From an uncultured delta proteobacterium (GTDB lineage: Bacteria; Myxococcota_A; Polyangia; Fen-1088), in the NCBI GenBank assembly GCA_963767925.1, contig CAVYGB010000002.1, positions 2,080,001 to 2,144,000 of the forward strand: a stretch of DNA of 64,000 nucleotides, read 5' to 3'. Positions 1-10,029 of the stretch are shown in pieces. A program made the position numbers and the translations under genes. The notes under the pieces were generated by a model. That model saw nothing but the letters and a program-made list of their open reading frames with translations. It ran no database searches and had not been told where the DNA came from. Every line of letters starts with the position of its first letter. Positions within the stretch are counted from its first letter, which is position 1.

Positions 1-3000
1 GTCAACGGCTACGCTGGGCCGGCCGCCAGCCTGGCGGAGGTGCTGGCCGGCATGTTGCCCGGCCAGACCCTGCAGGTCTTCCTGCACGCCACCGCCCGAT
101 CCAGGAATGGCCCCAGCGAGCAGGGCTGGTTGCTGATGACCGCCACCCGGAACATGACCGGCGGCTTCCGCGTCGCCATCAGCGGCAGCCAGCAGGCGGG
201 CCCCTTCCTGCGGCTGCCCGACGTCATGAACGCCACCGACGCCCAGCTCCTGGCGCTGCTGGCGGGCCGCAAGGCGCACCTCATCTTCAACGGGCTTGGC
301 GCCATGGAGAAGGGCGTCGCGGTGACCGTCGAGGTCTCGCTGTACCTGGTCGACGGCAACGACGCCGATCGCCCCCCCCTCAACCCGGTCAACCCGGTCG
401 CCCGCGAGACCTTCGAGGCGAGCGAGCTGGCCAGCGATCTCCCCGCCACGGTCGGCTACGACAAGGACTGCGACCAGGCGCCCGAGGTCGACGACATGGA
501 GCCCGACGGCGTGGCCCCGCCCCAGATCTTCGGCGAGCCCGCCTCGCCCCTGCGCCTGACCATCGGCGACACCGCCACCCTGAAGGTGGCCAGCAACAGC
601 GAGGACGTGGCCTTCGCCTGGACCGCCAGCGACCCCAGCTTGCGCCTGGCCGCCGGCGCGGGGGACAGCCACACCATCAATCCCCGCCAGGCCGGCGTCT
701 ACCGGGTGGTCGTCACCGGCGAGCACGAGGGCGCCGCCAGCCGCTACGTCTGGGACGTCCTTGTCGACGCCCCCGACACGCGGCAGAAGAACACGCCCCC
801 CGAGGTGAAGATCGCCAGCAGCGTCGCCGTGGCCCGGGTGGGAGAGGTCGTCGCCCTGCTGGCCGTCGGCCGCGACAAGGAGCAAGGTGCGCTGCGCTTC
901 CGCTGGCAGGCCAGCGACCCGGTCGTCCTGCCGATCACCCACGGCCCGCGCGTGCCCTTCGTCGCCCCCGCTCCCGGCGACTACAAGATCGAGTGCGTGG
1001 CCAATGACGGCATGGCCGACAGCGCCCCCGCCACCCTCGTGATCACCGTGCTCGCCGAGACGGCCAACCGCCCCCCCGAGGCCCCCGCCGTGACCCCCCT
1101 GTCGGCCCTGGTGCCCCACCCGGTGGGTGAGCCGGCGAAGATCCTGCTGCACGCCCGCTCGGTCGACCCCGACGGTGACCCGGTCACCTTCGACTTCGCG
1201 CCCGACCCCTCGGTCTCGCGCGCCGTCACCCTGGAGAAGAAGAGCGCCAGCACCGCCGAGGTGCGCAGCGCGGTCGATGGGGTGTTCCTGTTCCACGTCA
1301 CCGCCCAGGACAGCCACGGCGCCACCAGCCCCGCCACCGTCGTGCGCATCCAGATCGTCCCCGCCGGATCGGTGGGCGGCGAGAAGGTGGACAACGATCG
1401 GGACGGGCACCCCTCGGGCGTCGACTGCAACGACAGCAACAACGCCATCTTCCCGGGCGCCCGCGAGACCTGCGGCGACAACGTCGACCAGAACTGCGAC
1501 GGCCGCGACCAGCCGGCCGAGGAGTGCGACGCCGACGGCGACCGCTTCACCGAAGATCAGGGCGACTGCGACGACAACGACCCCCGCCGCAACCCGAAGA
1601 TGTTCGAGCGCTGCGACGGCATCGACAACAACTGCGACTTGCAGGTCGACGAGGGCTTCCAGACCGGCCAGCCCTGCCACGCCGGCACGGGGGCCTGCCG
1701 CGCCGCCGGCACCACCCGCTGCAGCGCCACCCTGGGGGCGGTCGTGTGTGACGTCCAGCCCGGGCGCCCGGCGATGGAGACCTGCGACGGCGTCGACAAC
1801 GACTGCAACGGTCGGGTGGACGACGTGATGGTCAAGAGCACCGGCGACGTCGGGAGCTGCGGGGCCTGCGGCAACGCCTGCCCGCAGCGGGCCAACACCG
1901 TCGCCGCCTGCCAGGTGGGGGGCTGCTCGGCGCTCTGCCGGCTGGGCTTTGTCGACCTGGACCGCGATCCCACCAACGGCTGCGAGTGCCAGATCAGCGA
2001 GCGCGGCGTCGAGAAGTGCGACGGCCTGGACAACGACTGCAACGGCCGCATCGACGACAACGTCACCGACAAGGTGTACGGCGGCGAGGAGAGCACCCGC
2101 GACGTGGGGGTGTGCGCCTCCGGCGTGCGCATCTGCAAGGGGGGCGAGCTGGTCGAGCAGCGGGCGCCGCGCCTGCCCGGCGACGAGGTGTGCGACGGCC
2201 TGGACAACGACTGCAACGGCAAGGTCGACGAGCTGTTCGACCTGCAGAACGACGCCCGCAACTGCGGGGGGTGCGGCATCACCTGCAGCTCGGGGGTCAA
2301 GTGCGAGCGCGGGCGCTGCGCGGGCGGCGGCGAGCCGACCTTGCCCCTGCCGCCTCGGTCCGACGGCAGCGGCGGGCAGGTGCAGATCGGCATCTGCCCT
2401 CTGGCGGCCGGTGGCACCACCTGCGTCGACCTGCAGACCGACCCCGTCCACTGCGGGACCTGCGGCAACGCTTGCCCCACCGGCATGTTCTGCGGCCTCG
2501 GGGCCTGCGTCTCGCTCGACAAGTTGCCCGATGGCACGCGCCCACCGGCGGTGGTGCGCGCGAGCTGTCCCCAGGCGCCCCCGCCCACCAGCGGCGGCGA
2601 CGCCGGCGTGGGCGGCTGCCCGGTCGCCCTGCCCGACGCCTGCAAGGGCCCGGCGGGTGACCTGTACTGCACCAACCTGCGCTTCGACAACGCGAGCTGC
2701 GGGGCCTGCGGCGTCCCCTGCCCGGCGGGCGCCTACTGCCGCGACGGGCGCTGCTCCGACCCCGGCTCGACCGAGCCGGGCAGCCCGGTGCCGGCCCCTA
2801 CCTGCCGCCAGCCGTTCAAGCTGTGCACCGACCCGTTCGGCGGCACCCACTGCACCGACCTCGCCACGGACGTCCGCAACTGCGGCGGCTGCGACATCGC
2901 CTGCGGGGCCGGCACCCGCTGCCTCGCCGGACAGTGCGTGACCGGCGAGAAGCCACCCGAGCCGACCTGTCCGCCCCCCACCAGCACCTGCCTGGGCCTG

Positions 3001-4071
3001 CAGAGCGAGATCCTCTGCGTCGACCTCGCCCGGAACCCCGACAACTGCGGGGCCTGCGGCACCGGCTGCGCCGCGGGCTCCTTCTGCAAGGAGGGCCAGT
3101 GCGTGGCCGGCACCGCGCCGCCGCCCACCTGCTACAAGCCGATGGTCACCTGCAAGGTCGAGACGCGGGTGTATTGCGCCGACACCTTCCGTGACCCCGG
3201 CAACTGCGGGGCCTGCGGCATGACCTGCCCGGCGGGCAACTACTGCGGCGACGGCCGCTGCCAGAGCGGCGCCCCGCCGCCCCCCGTCTGCGAGGAGCCG
3301 CGGCTGAGCTGCAAGGGTCCGCGCGACGAGCCGTATTGCACCGATCCCTTCCGGGATCCCACCAACTGCGGCACCTGCGGCAAGGCCTGCCCGCTGGGGA
3401 GCTACTGCGCGCTCGGCCAGTGCGCGGGCGGCGCGCCTCCCCCTCCCACCTGCGAGAAGCCCAACGTGATCTGCATGGACACCCGGGGCGGCTCGTCCTG
3501 CAGCGATCCGCAGCGGGATCCCCGCAACTGCGGGGCCTGCGGCACAATCTGCACCGCCGGCACCTCCTGCATCGAGGGCCGCTGCCAGGAGGGCGCCCCC
3601 CCGCCCCCGGTGTGTGAACAGCCGCTCACCCTGTGTCAGGACGCCGCCGGTGGGCCGGGGTTCTGCACCCTCCTGCTGCGCGACCCGCGCAACTGCGGCG
3701 AGTGCCGCAACGCCTGCCAGGAAGGCCTGGTCTGCACCGACGGTCGCTGCGTGGACGCGACGACCGTCTGCGAGAAGCCGCTGGCCTCGTGCCTGGACCC
3801 GGCGGGCAAGCCGATCTGCACCGATCCGCTGCACGACCGGCGCCACTGTGGCGGCTGCAACAAGGCCTGCGCCGACACGGAGGCCTGCGTGGAGGGCAAG
3901 TGTGGCCCCCCGCCCGGCTGCCTGCCGCCCCGCCTGGTCTGCCGCATCGACCCCCAGCGGACCGTCTGCACCGACCCCAACCAGGATCCCAACAACTGCG
4001 GCGGCTGCGGCAACCTCTGCCCTGCCGGCCGCCCCTGCGAAGCCGGCCGCTGCCTCCCTCTGCTGCCCTGA
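1..4071 (+). CDS. Large Cys-rich secreted/surface protein (Ig/PKD-like domains, MopE-like metal-binding repeats, Stig1/MXAN_6577-like Cys-rich repeats); 5'-truncated by window edge
   Basis: Frame is open from base 1. Beta-rich modules (NTPPEV, NRPPEAP, DPDGDPVTF), 5 E-x-C-D-G-x-D-N-x-C-type repeats and 12 D-x-x-N-C-G-x-C-G-x-x-C-type repeats. Confidence 0.85.
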   Translation, partial: VNGYAGPAASLAEVLAGMLPGQTLQVFLHATARSRNGPSEQGWLLMTATRNMTGGFRVAISGSQQAGPFLRLPDVMNATDAQLLALLAGRKAHLIFNGLGAMEKGVAVTVEVSLYLVDGNDADRPPLNPVNPVARETFEASELASDLPATVGYDKDCDQAPEVDDMEPDGVAPPQIFGEPASPLRLTIGDTATLKVASNSEDVAFAWTASDPSLRLAAGAGDSHTINPRQAGVYRVVVTGEHEGAASRYVWDVLVDAPDTRQKNTPPEVKIASSVAVARVGEVVALLAVGRDKEQGALRFRWQASDPVVLPITHGPRVPFVAPAPGDYKIECVANDGMADSAPATLVITVLAETANRPPEAPAVTPLSALVPHPVGEPAKILLHARSVDPDGDPVTFDFAPDPSVSRAVTLEKKSASTAEVRSAVDGVFLFHVTAQDSHGATSPATVVRIQIVPAGSVGGEKVDNDRDGHPSGVDCNDSNNAIFPGARETCGDNVDQNCDGRDQPAEECDADGDRFTEDQGDCDDNDPRRNPKMFERCDGIDNNCDLQVDEGFQTGQPCHAGTGACRAAGTTRCSATLGAVVCDVQPGRPAMETCDGVDNDCNGRVDDVMVKSTGDVGSCGACGNACPQRANTVAACQVGGCSALCRLGFVDLDRDPTNGCECQISERGVEKCDGLDNDCNGRIDDNVTDKVYGGEESTRDVGVCASGVRICKGGELVEQRAPRLPGDEVCDGLDNDCNGKVDELFDLQNDARNCGGCGITCSSGVKCERGRCAGGGEPTLPLPPRSDGSGGQVQIGICPLAAGGTTCVDLQTDPVHCGTCGNACPTGMFCGLGACVSLDKLPDGTRPPAVVRASCPQAPPPTSGGDAGVGGCPVALPDACKGPAGDLYCTNLRFDNASCGACGVPCPAGAYCRDGRCSDPGSTEPGSPVPAPTCRQPFKLCTDPFGGTHCTDLATDVRNCGGCDIACGAGTRCLAGQCVTGEKPPEPTCPPPTSTCLGLQSEILCVDLARNPDNCGACGTGCAAGSFCKEGQCVAGTAPPPTCYKPMVTCKVETRVYCADTFRDPGNCGACGMTCPAGNYCGDGRCQSGAPPPPVCEEPRLSCKGPRDEPYCTDPFRDPTNCGTCGKACPLGSYCALGQCAGGAPPPPTCEKPNVICMDTRGGSSCSDPQRDPRNCGACGTICTAGTSCIEGRCQEGAPPPPVCEQPLTLCQDAAGGPGFCTLLLRDPRNCGECRNACQEGLVCTDGRCVDATTVCEKPLASCLDPAGKPICTDPLHDRRHCGGCNKACADTEACVEGKCGPPPGCLPPRLVCRIDPQRTVCTDPNQDPNNCGGCGNLCPAGRPCEAGRCLPLLP

Positions 4072-4114
4072 CGGCGGCGGTAGCCTCGAGGCGGGCGCAA
4101 GCTTTGTAGCGGCG

Positions 4115-4157
4115 CCCCCTCACCCTTGCCCTCTCCCCGCTGCCGCGGGGCGAGGGC
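4115..4157 (+). repeat. REP-like palindromic element
   Basis: CCCTCACCCTTGCCCTCTCCCCGCTGCCGCGGGGCGAGGG lies between convergent genes; a near-identical copy is in reverse orientation at 15210-15247. Confidence 0.65.
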
Positions 4158-4337
4158 AAACACGCAGCGTGGACCCGAGCAAAGCGGCCGCCGCTACCCT
4201 TTGCGCGGCGGCACCGACGCGCTCGAGCTGATCCGGGAGGCGCTGGGCGGGGTGCTCCGCTGAGCGGCGGCGGCCCACGGCACCGGGGTGCGCGAGCTTC
4301 CTTGTGTGTGCGGTTTTTTCGCTGGGCGCTGGCTACC

Positions 4338-5273
4338 TCACACGCACAGGCCGGCGACGCAGAGCAGCCCCAGCAGGCACTCGCGGTCGTCGCGGCAGGG
4401 GCCGCCGGGCTTGCGGGGGACGCAGCGGCCGCGCTCGCACTGGGAGTCGTCGGTGCAGTCGTCGTGGCCGTCGCAGGAGAGCAGGCAGCCGTTGAGCGTG
4501 CAGCGGTAGCGGTCGCAGGTCACCTGGGGGGCGGGCTCCTGGCAGACTCCGGCGCCGTTGCAGGTGGCGGCCGGCGTGTACAGGTTGACCGCGCAGGCGG
4601 CGAGCCCGCACGGTGTCCCGGCCGTCGCCCCCGCGCAGCCGCCGTCGACGCGGACGGCGGCATCGGTGGCGGGCGCTCCGTCGGGGCGGGCGTCCCCGGC
4701 GCCCCCATCCGGGCCAGCGGGGGCGCCGGCGTCCACCTCGGTGGTGGCGCCGCCGTCCGGGGCGGGCGGGCCGCCGCTGACCGGGGCGCACACCCCGCTG
4801 GGGACACAGATCTGCTCGGGCGCGCAGCCGCCGGGACAGTAGGCGCCGAGGGTGAGCAGCACGCGCATCACCTCGCTGGGCCGGAAGGTCACGGTGGTCT
4901 CCGCGGTGGCCCGCTTCTCGTGGTCGGGACCGCCGAGCCCGGTGGCCTCGATGTGCAGGGTCGGCGTGCGGCCGGGGTCGGCGGGGCGCAGTCCGAGGCG
5001 GGCCGGCAGCCGGGGCAGGGGGCCCTCCCGGATCGGAAAGGTCTCCTCGACGATGGGTTGCCCCGGGGTGCCGTTCCAGACCTGGATGCGGATGGTGTCG
5101 ATGCGCGCCTGCACCAGCGGGGTGGCCTCCACCTCGACGATGATGCCGGTGCCCGCCTGCGAGCCGCAGGCGGCGGCCAGGCCGGCGCTCAGCCCGACCA
5201 GCGCGGCCAGCCCCGGGGAGCGCGGGATCGAGCCCCGGCCTGCGCATGGCGAAGCGGCGGATCCCGCCCTCAC
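4338..5273 (-). CDS. Cys-rich lipoprotein (myxobacterial type)
   Basis: GTG start overlaps the upstream stop (GTGA). Lipobox-like LAAAC after a hydrophobic stretch, DGG/DAG linker and Cys-rich C-terminus. Confidence 0.75.
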   Translation of the reverse strand: MRAGSAASPCAGRGSIPRSPGLAALVGLSAGLAAACGSQAGTGIIVEVEATPLVQARIDTIRIQVWNGTPGQPIVEETFPIREGPLPRLPARLGLRPADPGRTPTLHIEATGLGGPDHEKRATAETTVTFRPSEVMRVLLTLGAYCPGGCAPEQICVPSGVCAPVSGGPPAPDGGATTEVDAGAPAGPDGGAGDARPDGAPATDAAVRVDGGCAGATAGTPCGLAACAVNLYTPAATCNGAGVCQEPAPQVTCDRYRCTLNGCLLSCDGHDDCTDDSQCERGRCVPRKPGGPCRDDRECLLGLLCVAGLCV

Positions 5274-6532
5274 GGGATCTCCCGCGTCGACAGGCAGGCC
5301 GCCCCGCAGGTCCAGCCAGGCCCGTCGGGGCGGATCAGGAAGATCGCCGCCACCGTGGCCAGGCTGACCGCGCCGAGCGCCGGCCAGAACCAGGGACGGC
5401 GGTAGATCGGGGCCTGCGCGGGGGGCGGCGTGGCGTGCAGCTCTCCCGGCCGGGGCGGTCTCACCGACAGCACCGGCGCCGATCGGTCTGCCGCCGCTCG
5501 CAGCTCCCCCGGCTCCTGCGGCGCCCGCTCGGATCCGAGGAGGCGGGCCGGCGGGGCGTCGTGATCGGCCCAGCCAGCGCCGGCCTGGGCCACCACCGGA
5601 GCCGCGGGCGTCTCGGCCGCCGGCGCGCGCTCGGGCGCGGGTGGCGGCGGCGCGGGCGTTGCGACCGGCCCACGGGCGAATGTGGCTGACGTCGCGGGGG
5701 TTGCTGCCGCCTCGCGGACGGGCACCGCGACCGGCGCGGGCGCCACATCGGGCGCGGCGGCCGGCGCGAGGACCGCTCCGGGCGCCGGCGGCGCCTCGGG
5801 TGCTTGCGCCGGTGTCCCCATCGCGGGCGAGGGTCCGGTCTCCTGGGTGCGGGCCGCGATGGTCTCGGGCACGCGGGCTGACACGGTTCCAGCCGCGGGC
5901 GCACCGGGCACCGGCGCCGCCGGGGCGGGTGGGCTCACGTGCGGGGGAGGCGCCTCCCGCTCGGTCCAGCCGGCGCTCGTGGCCTGCGGGATCGGGGGCG
6001 CAGGCGGCGGCGCGGCCAGCTCGAGGCTGAGCGAAGGGGGCGGTCCGGCCCGGTCGGTCCAGGCGGCCGGGGGCGGCGTGGGATCCGGCGGCGCGGGCGG
6101 CGTCCGCACGGTCACGGTCGCGACCGGCGCGGGCGGCGGCGGGGGGGCGGGGTGCTCGATCTTCTGCCGGGCCGTGAGCTCCCGGATCCGGGCGAGGACG
6201 CGGCGGCGGTTCTTGCTGCTGGGATCGGCCTGCAGGTAGCGGCGGTAGTAGATGATGGCCGGCTCCTCGTCCCCCTTCTTCCAGTACGCCTGGGCGACGT
6301 TGTAAAGCAGGATGGGCGCGGGGTCGACCTGGTAGGCCTGCAGGAAGGCCTGCACCGCCCGGTCGTAGTGGCCGAGACCGTAGGCGGTCATGCCGAGCTC
6401 GTAGTGGGCTTTGGCCCGGGTGGCGGGATCGGGCGCCTGGGCCCGGGCGGCGGGCGCGGCGGCGAGCAGCGCGATCGCCAGCAGCACCGGCGCGGCGGCC
6501 CGCGCGAGCCTGCAATCTGGTGGGTTAATCAT
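5270..6532 (-). CDS. TPR-domain membrane protein with Pro/Ala-rich linker
   Basis: Signal peptide, TPR (AKAHYELG...LLYNVAQAY...YYRRYL), Pro-rich linker, and PIYRRPWFW followed by a TM helix. Confidence 0.85.
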   Translation of the reverse strand: MINPPDCRLARAAAPVLLAIALLAAAPAARAQAPDPATRAKAHYELGMTAYGLGHYDRAVQAFLQAYQVDPAPILLYNVAQAYWKKGDEEPAIIYYRRYLQADPSSKNRRRVLARIRELTARQKIEHPAPPPPPAPVATVTVRTPPAPPDPTPPPAAWTDRAGPPPSLSLELAAPPPAPPIPQATSAGWTEREAPPPHVSPPAPAAPVPGAPAAGTVSARVPETIAARTQETGPSPAMGTPAQAPEAPPAPGAVLAPAAAPDVAPAPVAVPVREAAATPATSATFARGPVATPAPPPPAPERAPAAETPAAPVVAQAGAGWADHDAPPARLLGSERAPQEPGELRAAADRSAPVLSVRPPRPGELHATPPPAQAPIYRRPWFWPALGAVSLATVAAIFLIRPDGPGWTCGAACLSTREIP

Positions 6533-6534
6533 GA

Positions 6535-7923
6535 TCAATCTCCGACGGCCTGATAGAGGTTGGTGGCCCGCGGGGCTGCCGGCTTGTGGTCCCGGCGCGG
6601 AGGTGGGTCGGCGGGCGCGAGCACCCCGGTGCTCACCAGGGAGTCCGGCGCCGGGCGCGGGCGGGGCCGCGGCCGCTCGGCAGCCACCGCCGGCCTGGCG
6701 GCCAGCCGGGGCAGCGGCGTGGCGGTGATGCGCGGGCGGGGCGTCGTCTCTCCCGCCACCGCTGGCGCGTCGGCCACGCCCTCTTTCGTAATCAGCAGCA
6801 CGGCACCCACCACCCCGGCGACGCCGAGCATCCCCAGGCAGGCCAGGAAGGCCACCCGCGAGCGGGGGTCGTAGCCGGTCCGGCCCCAGCGGGTGGGCGC
6901 CGGGCGGGCGGGCGGGCGGGCCAGGCTGCGCTCGACCGAGCGGACCTGCTGGGTGCCGGCCGTGCGGACCGCCTCCTGCACCCGCACCGGCGCGCCGGGG
7001 GGCGTGCGCAGCAGCTCGTCCCAGCCGCTGCGGGCGCTGCCGATCAGCGCCTCGAGCTCGATCAGCACCTCGTCCAGGCTCTGCGGCCGGTCGGCGGGCG
7101 CCTTCGCCAGCATGCGCGCGATCAGATCGTCGAACCCGACCGGCATGTCCTTCTCCAGCGAGCGCAGGCGCGGCGGCGCCGTCTCGACGTGGGCCCGCAT
7201 GAGGGCCAGGTCGTCGCTGTCGGTGAAGGGCGGGCGCCCGCACAGCAGCTCGAAGAACAGGCAGCCGAGCGCGTAGATGTCGGTCCGGTGGTCGACGGCG
7301 CTGCCGGGCTTCCACTGCTCGGGCGCCATGCACACGGGCGTGCCGATCACGCAGCCGTCCAGGGTCGGATTGCGCGACTTCTCCTCGCGCAGCATCTTGG
7401 CCACCCCGAAGTCGAGGATCTTCACCGAGAACGCGTTGCGATCGGCGGGCACCCGCACCAGGATGACGTTTTCGGGCTTGAGGTCGCGGTGGACCACCGA
7501 CTGGCCATGGGCGAAGGCGAGCCCCTCGGCGATTCGCCCCACGATGGCCGCCGCCAGCCGGGGCTGCCGGGCCAGCTTGCCGGTGCGCTCGGCCCACAGG
7601 CGCAGCGGCTCGCCCTGCAGGTATTCCATGGCGATGAAGGCGGTGCCGTCGGCCAGCACGTCGCAGTCGAACACCTCGACGATGGCCGGGTGGCGCAGGC
7701 GGGCCATCGCGCGCGCCTCGGCCAGCAGCCGCTGGACCACGTCGGCGCGGGCGGCGATCTCCGGCAGCAGGACCTTGAGCGCGCGCACCTGTCCCAGGTG
7801 CAGGTGCTCCGCCTTGAACACCTCGGCCATGCCCCCACGACCGAGCGAGCCCAGCACCTGGTAAGGCCCGATCTGATGATTGCCCGAGGGCGTGTGCTTC
7901 GGCCGTGCAAGGGAGAAGGCCAC
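6535..7923 (-). CDS. Serine/threonine protein kinase (Hanks type) with TM helix; start uncertain
   Basis: LGRGGMAEV, ALKVL, HRDLKPEN, DFG, GTPVCMAPE and DIYALG motifs. Confidence 0.92.
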   Translation of the reverse strand: MAFSLARPKHTPSGNHQIGPYQVLGSLGRGGMAEVFKAEHLHLGQVRALKVLLPEIAARADVVQRLLAEARAMARLRHPAIVEVFDCDVLADGTAFIAMEYLQGEPLRLWAERTGKLARQPRLAAAIVGRIAEGLAFAHGQSVVHRDLKPENVILVRVPADRNAFSVKILDFGVAKMLREEKSRNPTLDGCVIGTPVCMAPEQWKPGSAVDHRTDIYALGCLFFELLCGRPPFTDSDDLALMRAHVETAPPRLRSLEKDMPVGFDDLIARMLAKAPADRPQSLDEVLIELEALIGSARSGWDELLRTPPGAPVRVQEAVRTAGTQQVRSVERSLARPPARPAPTRWGRTGYDPRSRVAFLACLGMLGVAGVVGAVLLITKEGVADAPAVAGETTPRPRITATPLPRLAARPAVAAERPRPRPRPAPDSLVSTGVLAPADPPPRRDHKPAAPRATNLYQAVGD

Positions 7924-8166
7924 GTGGATACTCCGTGCAGCGGGTTGCGATGTCGGTGAGCTGCCTACGTCTGCGCGCCCGACGAATATAGGGGCGGCGG
8001 CCGACGTGTGTTCGGCGCACGGGAAAAAAAACGTTCGCCGGCTCACCCAGGGGCCCGGGATTCAAGGGTGATCAGGATGGAGCACCCCCTGCGATCGGGG
8101 GCGCTCCCCGGGGGATCGATCCCTACGTTCTGCCCCGAGTGGGGCCGCTGGCGCCGGCCGGGCTGC

Positions 8167-8598
8167 TCAACCCGCCAGGGCGGCGTTGATCATCTGTTCG
8201 ATGTCGGGCGCGCGCTTGGCGCGGAAGGGGGGCGGATTGCGCTCGATGTCCGGGTAGAGGGCGCGCAGAGCCCGGGCCACGTGCTCCGGGTCGACCGGGC
8301 GCTCGAACACCGGGCCGCTCTGGGGGGCGCTGTCGGGGCCGAGCGCGCCGACCACGAACAGCCGGCGGACCACCTGCAGGCGGGCGTCGCGGTCGAGCAG
8401 GGCCCGCACCCGCGTCCAATCTTTCTTCGGCATGGTGGTGTCGAGGAGGATGGCGCCGGGGACCGGACCGCTGGCCAGGGCGTTGAGCGCCTGGGGCCCA
8501 TCGTTGGCGATGGTGAGCGCATACCCCTCGTGTTCCAGCCGGGCGGCGAGGACGTCCCGCCACAGCGCGCTCCGGGCGACGATCAACATACTTCTCAT
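8167..8598 (-). CDS. Single-domain response regulator receiver (atypical)
   Basis: Receiver pattern LEHEGY...ANDGPQAL...ILLDTTMP; the acidic pair and conserved Lys appear substituted. Confidence 0.7.
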   Translation of the reverse strand: MRSMLIVARSALWRDVLAARLEHEGYALTIANDGPQALNALASGPVPGAILLDTTMPKKDWTRVRALLDRDARLQVVRRLFVVGALGPDSAPQSGPVFERPVDPEHVARALRALYPDIERNPPPFRAKRAPDIEQMINAALAG

Positions 8599-8705
8599 GT
8601 CGTCGGCAAAGTAGGTCCGGCGGCCTGGAGGGCAACCGCCGGAGGTGTTGCTGGAAGGTAAACCTTGATCAACATTTCTGGCGTCCCGCCGGTATTGTAT
8701 CCGGC

Positions 8706-9824
8706 ATGAGGTGTAGGTCTCAATCGAGGTCCTCGCGGTCCACCTTCTCCAGATCTGGCAGGCGCGGCACGTTCGCGTCGCTGGCGCGTACCGCGACCGC
8801 GGGGGTGGTCTTTTTCATCACCGCCTTTGGTTTCGGTGGGTTGCCCTCGCTGTTCCGCTCTGCTCCGGTCCTGACGGCGCGGGCCGCGGCCGGGAAGGCG
8901 CCGAAGGTCGAGCTGGTGCGGCGCGAGGCGGAACGGCGGGTCGACGTCCTGGTCGATGGCAAGCCCTTCACGACCTACGCCTGGCCGGAGAACCTCGCCA
9001 AACCGGTGCTGTTTCCCCTGCGCACCGACGTCGGCCAGGTCATCACGCGTGGCTTTCCGGTCGACCCCCAGCCGGACGAGGCCAGGGACCACCCCCACCA
9101 CGTGGGCCTCTGGTTCAACTACGGCGACGTGGCGGGCGCGGACTTCTGGGGCAACTCCGCCGGTATCCGCAAGGAGCCGGCCGGGGACAAACACGGCAGC
9201 ATCGTCCACCGCAGCGTCGACAGCGCCCGCGGCGGCGCCGGCCGCGGCGAGTTGACCGTCAGCGCCGACTGGCTCATGCCCGACGGCAAGCCGGCCGTGC
9301 GCGAGCAGACGCGCTACGCCTTCGCGGCGAGCGCGGGCCGCATGGCCGTCGACCGGGTGGCCACCTTGACCGCCAGCTCGGCGACCGTGCCGTTCCCGGA
9401 CAACAAGGAGGGCATGCTGGCGCTGCGCCTGGCTGGCTCGCTGGAGCATCCCAGCCGCCGCAACCCCAAGGCCACCGGCTCTTACCGCAGCAGCGAGGGC
9501 AAGGTCGGCGACGAGGTGTGGGGCACCCGCGCGCGCTGGGTCATGCTGACCGGCAAGGTCGCCGACGCCCCCGTCACCGTCGCCATCCTCGACCACCCGA
9601 AGAACCCGGGCTTCCCGACATACTGGCACGCCCGCGGCTACGGCCTGTTCGCCGCCAACCCCCTCGGCCAGAAGGCGCTGAGCAAGGGCAAGGAGACGCT
9701 GGATTTTGCCGTCGAGCGCGGGCGCCCCGCGCGCTTCGCCTACCGGATCGTCCTGCTCTCGCGCGACGCCAGGCCCGAGGACATCGAGGCCGAGTTCAAG
9801 CGCTTCAGCAGCGAGCTGAAGTAG
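8706..9824 (+). CDS. PmoA-like family (DUF6807) protein; start uncertain
   Basis: KPVLFPL, DHPHHVGLWF, KEGMLALRLA, DHPKNP and WHARGYGLFAANP motifs. Confidence 0.8.
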   Translation: MRCRSQSRSSRSTFSRSGRRGTFASLARTATAGVVFFITAFGFGGLPSLFRSAPVLTARAAAGKAPKVELVRREAERRVDVLVDGKPFTTYAWPENLAKPVLFPLRTDVGQVITRGFPVDPQPDEARDHPHHVGLWFNYGDVAGADFWGNSAGIRKEPAGDKHGSIVHRSVDSARGGAGRGELTVSADWLMPDGKPAVREQTRYAFAASAGRMAVDRVATLTASSATVPFPDNKEGMLALRLAGSLEHPSRRNPKATGSYRSSEGKVGDEVWGTRARWVMLTGKVADAPVTVAILDHPKNPGFPTYWHARGYGLFAANPLGQKALSKGKETLDFAVERGRPARFAYRIVLLSRDARPEDIEAEFKRFSSELK

Positions 9825-10029
9825 CGGCGTCGGCCCGGTCGGCCGCCGCCCGGCGCAGGTCGGCGGTCAGCTCGGCCCGGACGCGGGCCCGGCTCTCCTC
9901 GGGCGGGCACCCGGGCGCACGGGGGCGGTTGCGGGTAAGCTCGCGGCGCGTGGCGCCGCCGCTGCGTTCGACGCCTGCACACCGGCCTGGTCCGGACCGA
10001 TCCCCTGCCGTGAAAAAAGGAGTCGCGCG

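Noticed and set aside
8706..9824. Particulate methane monooxygenase
   Set aside because: It is a soluble PmoA-like/DUF6807 protein with no pmoB/pmoC and no polytopic membrane pattern.
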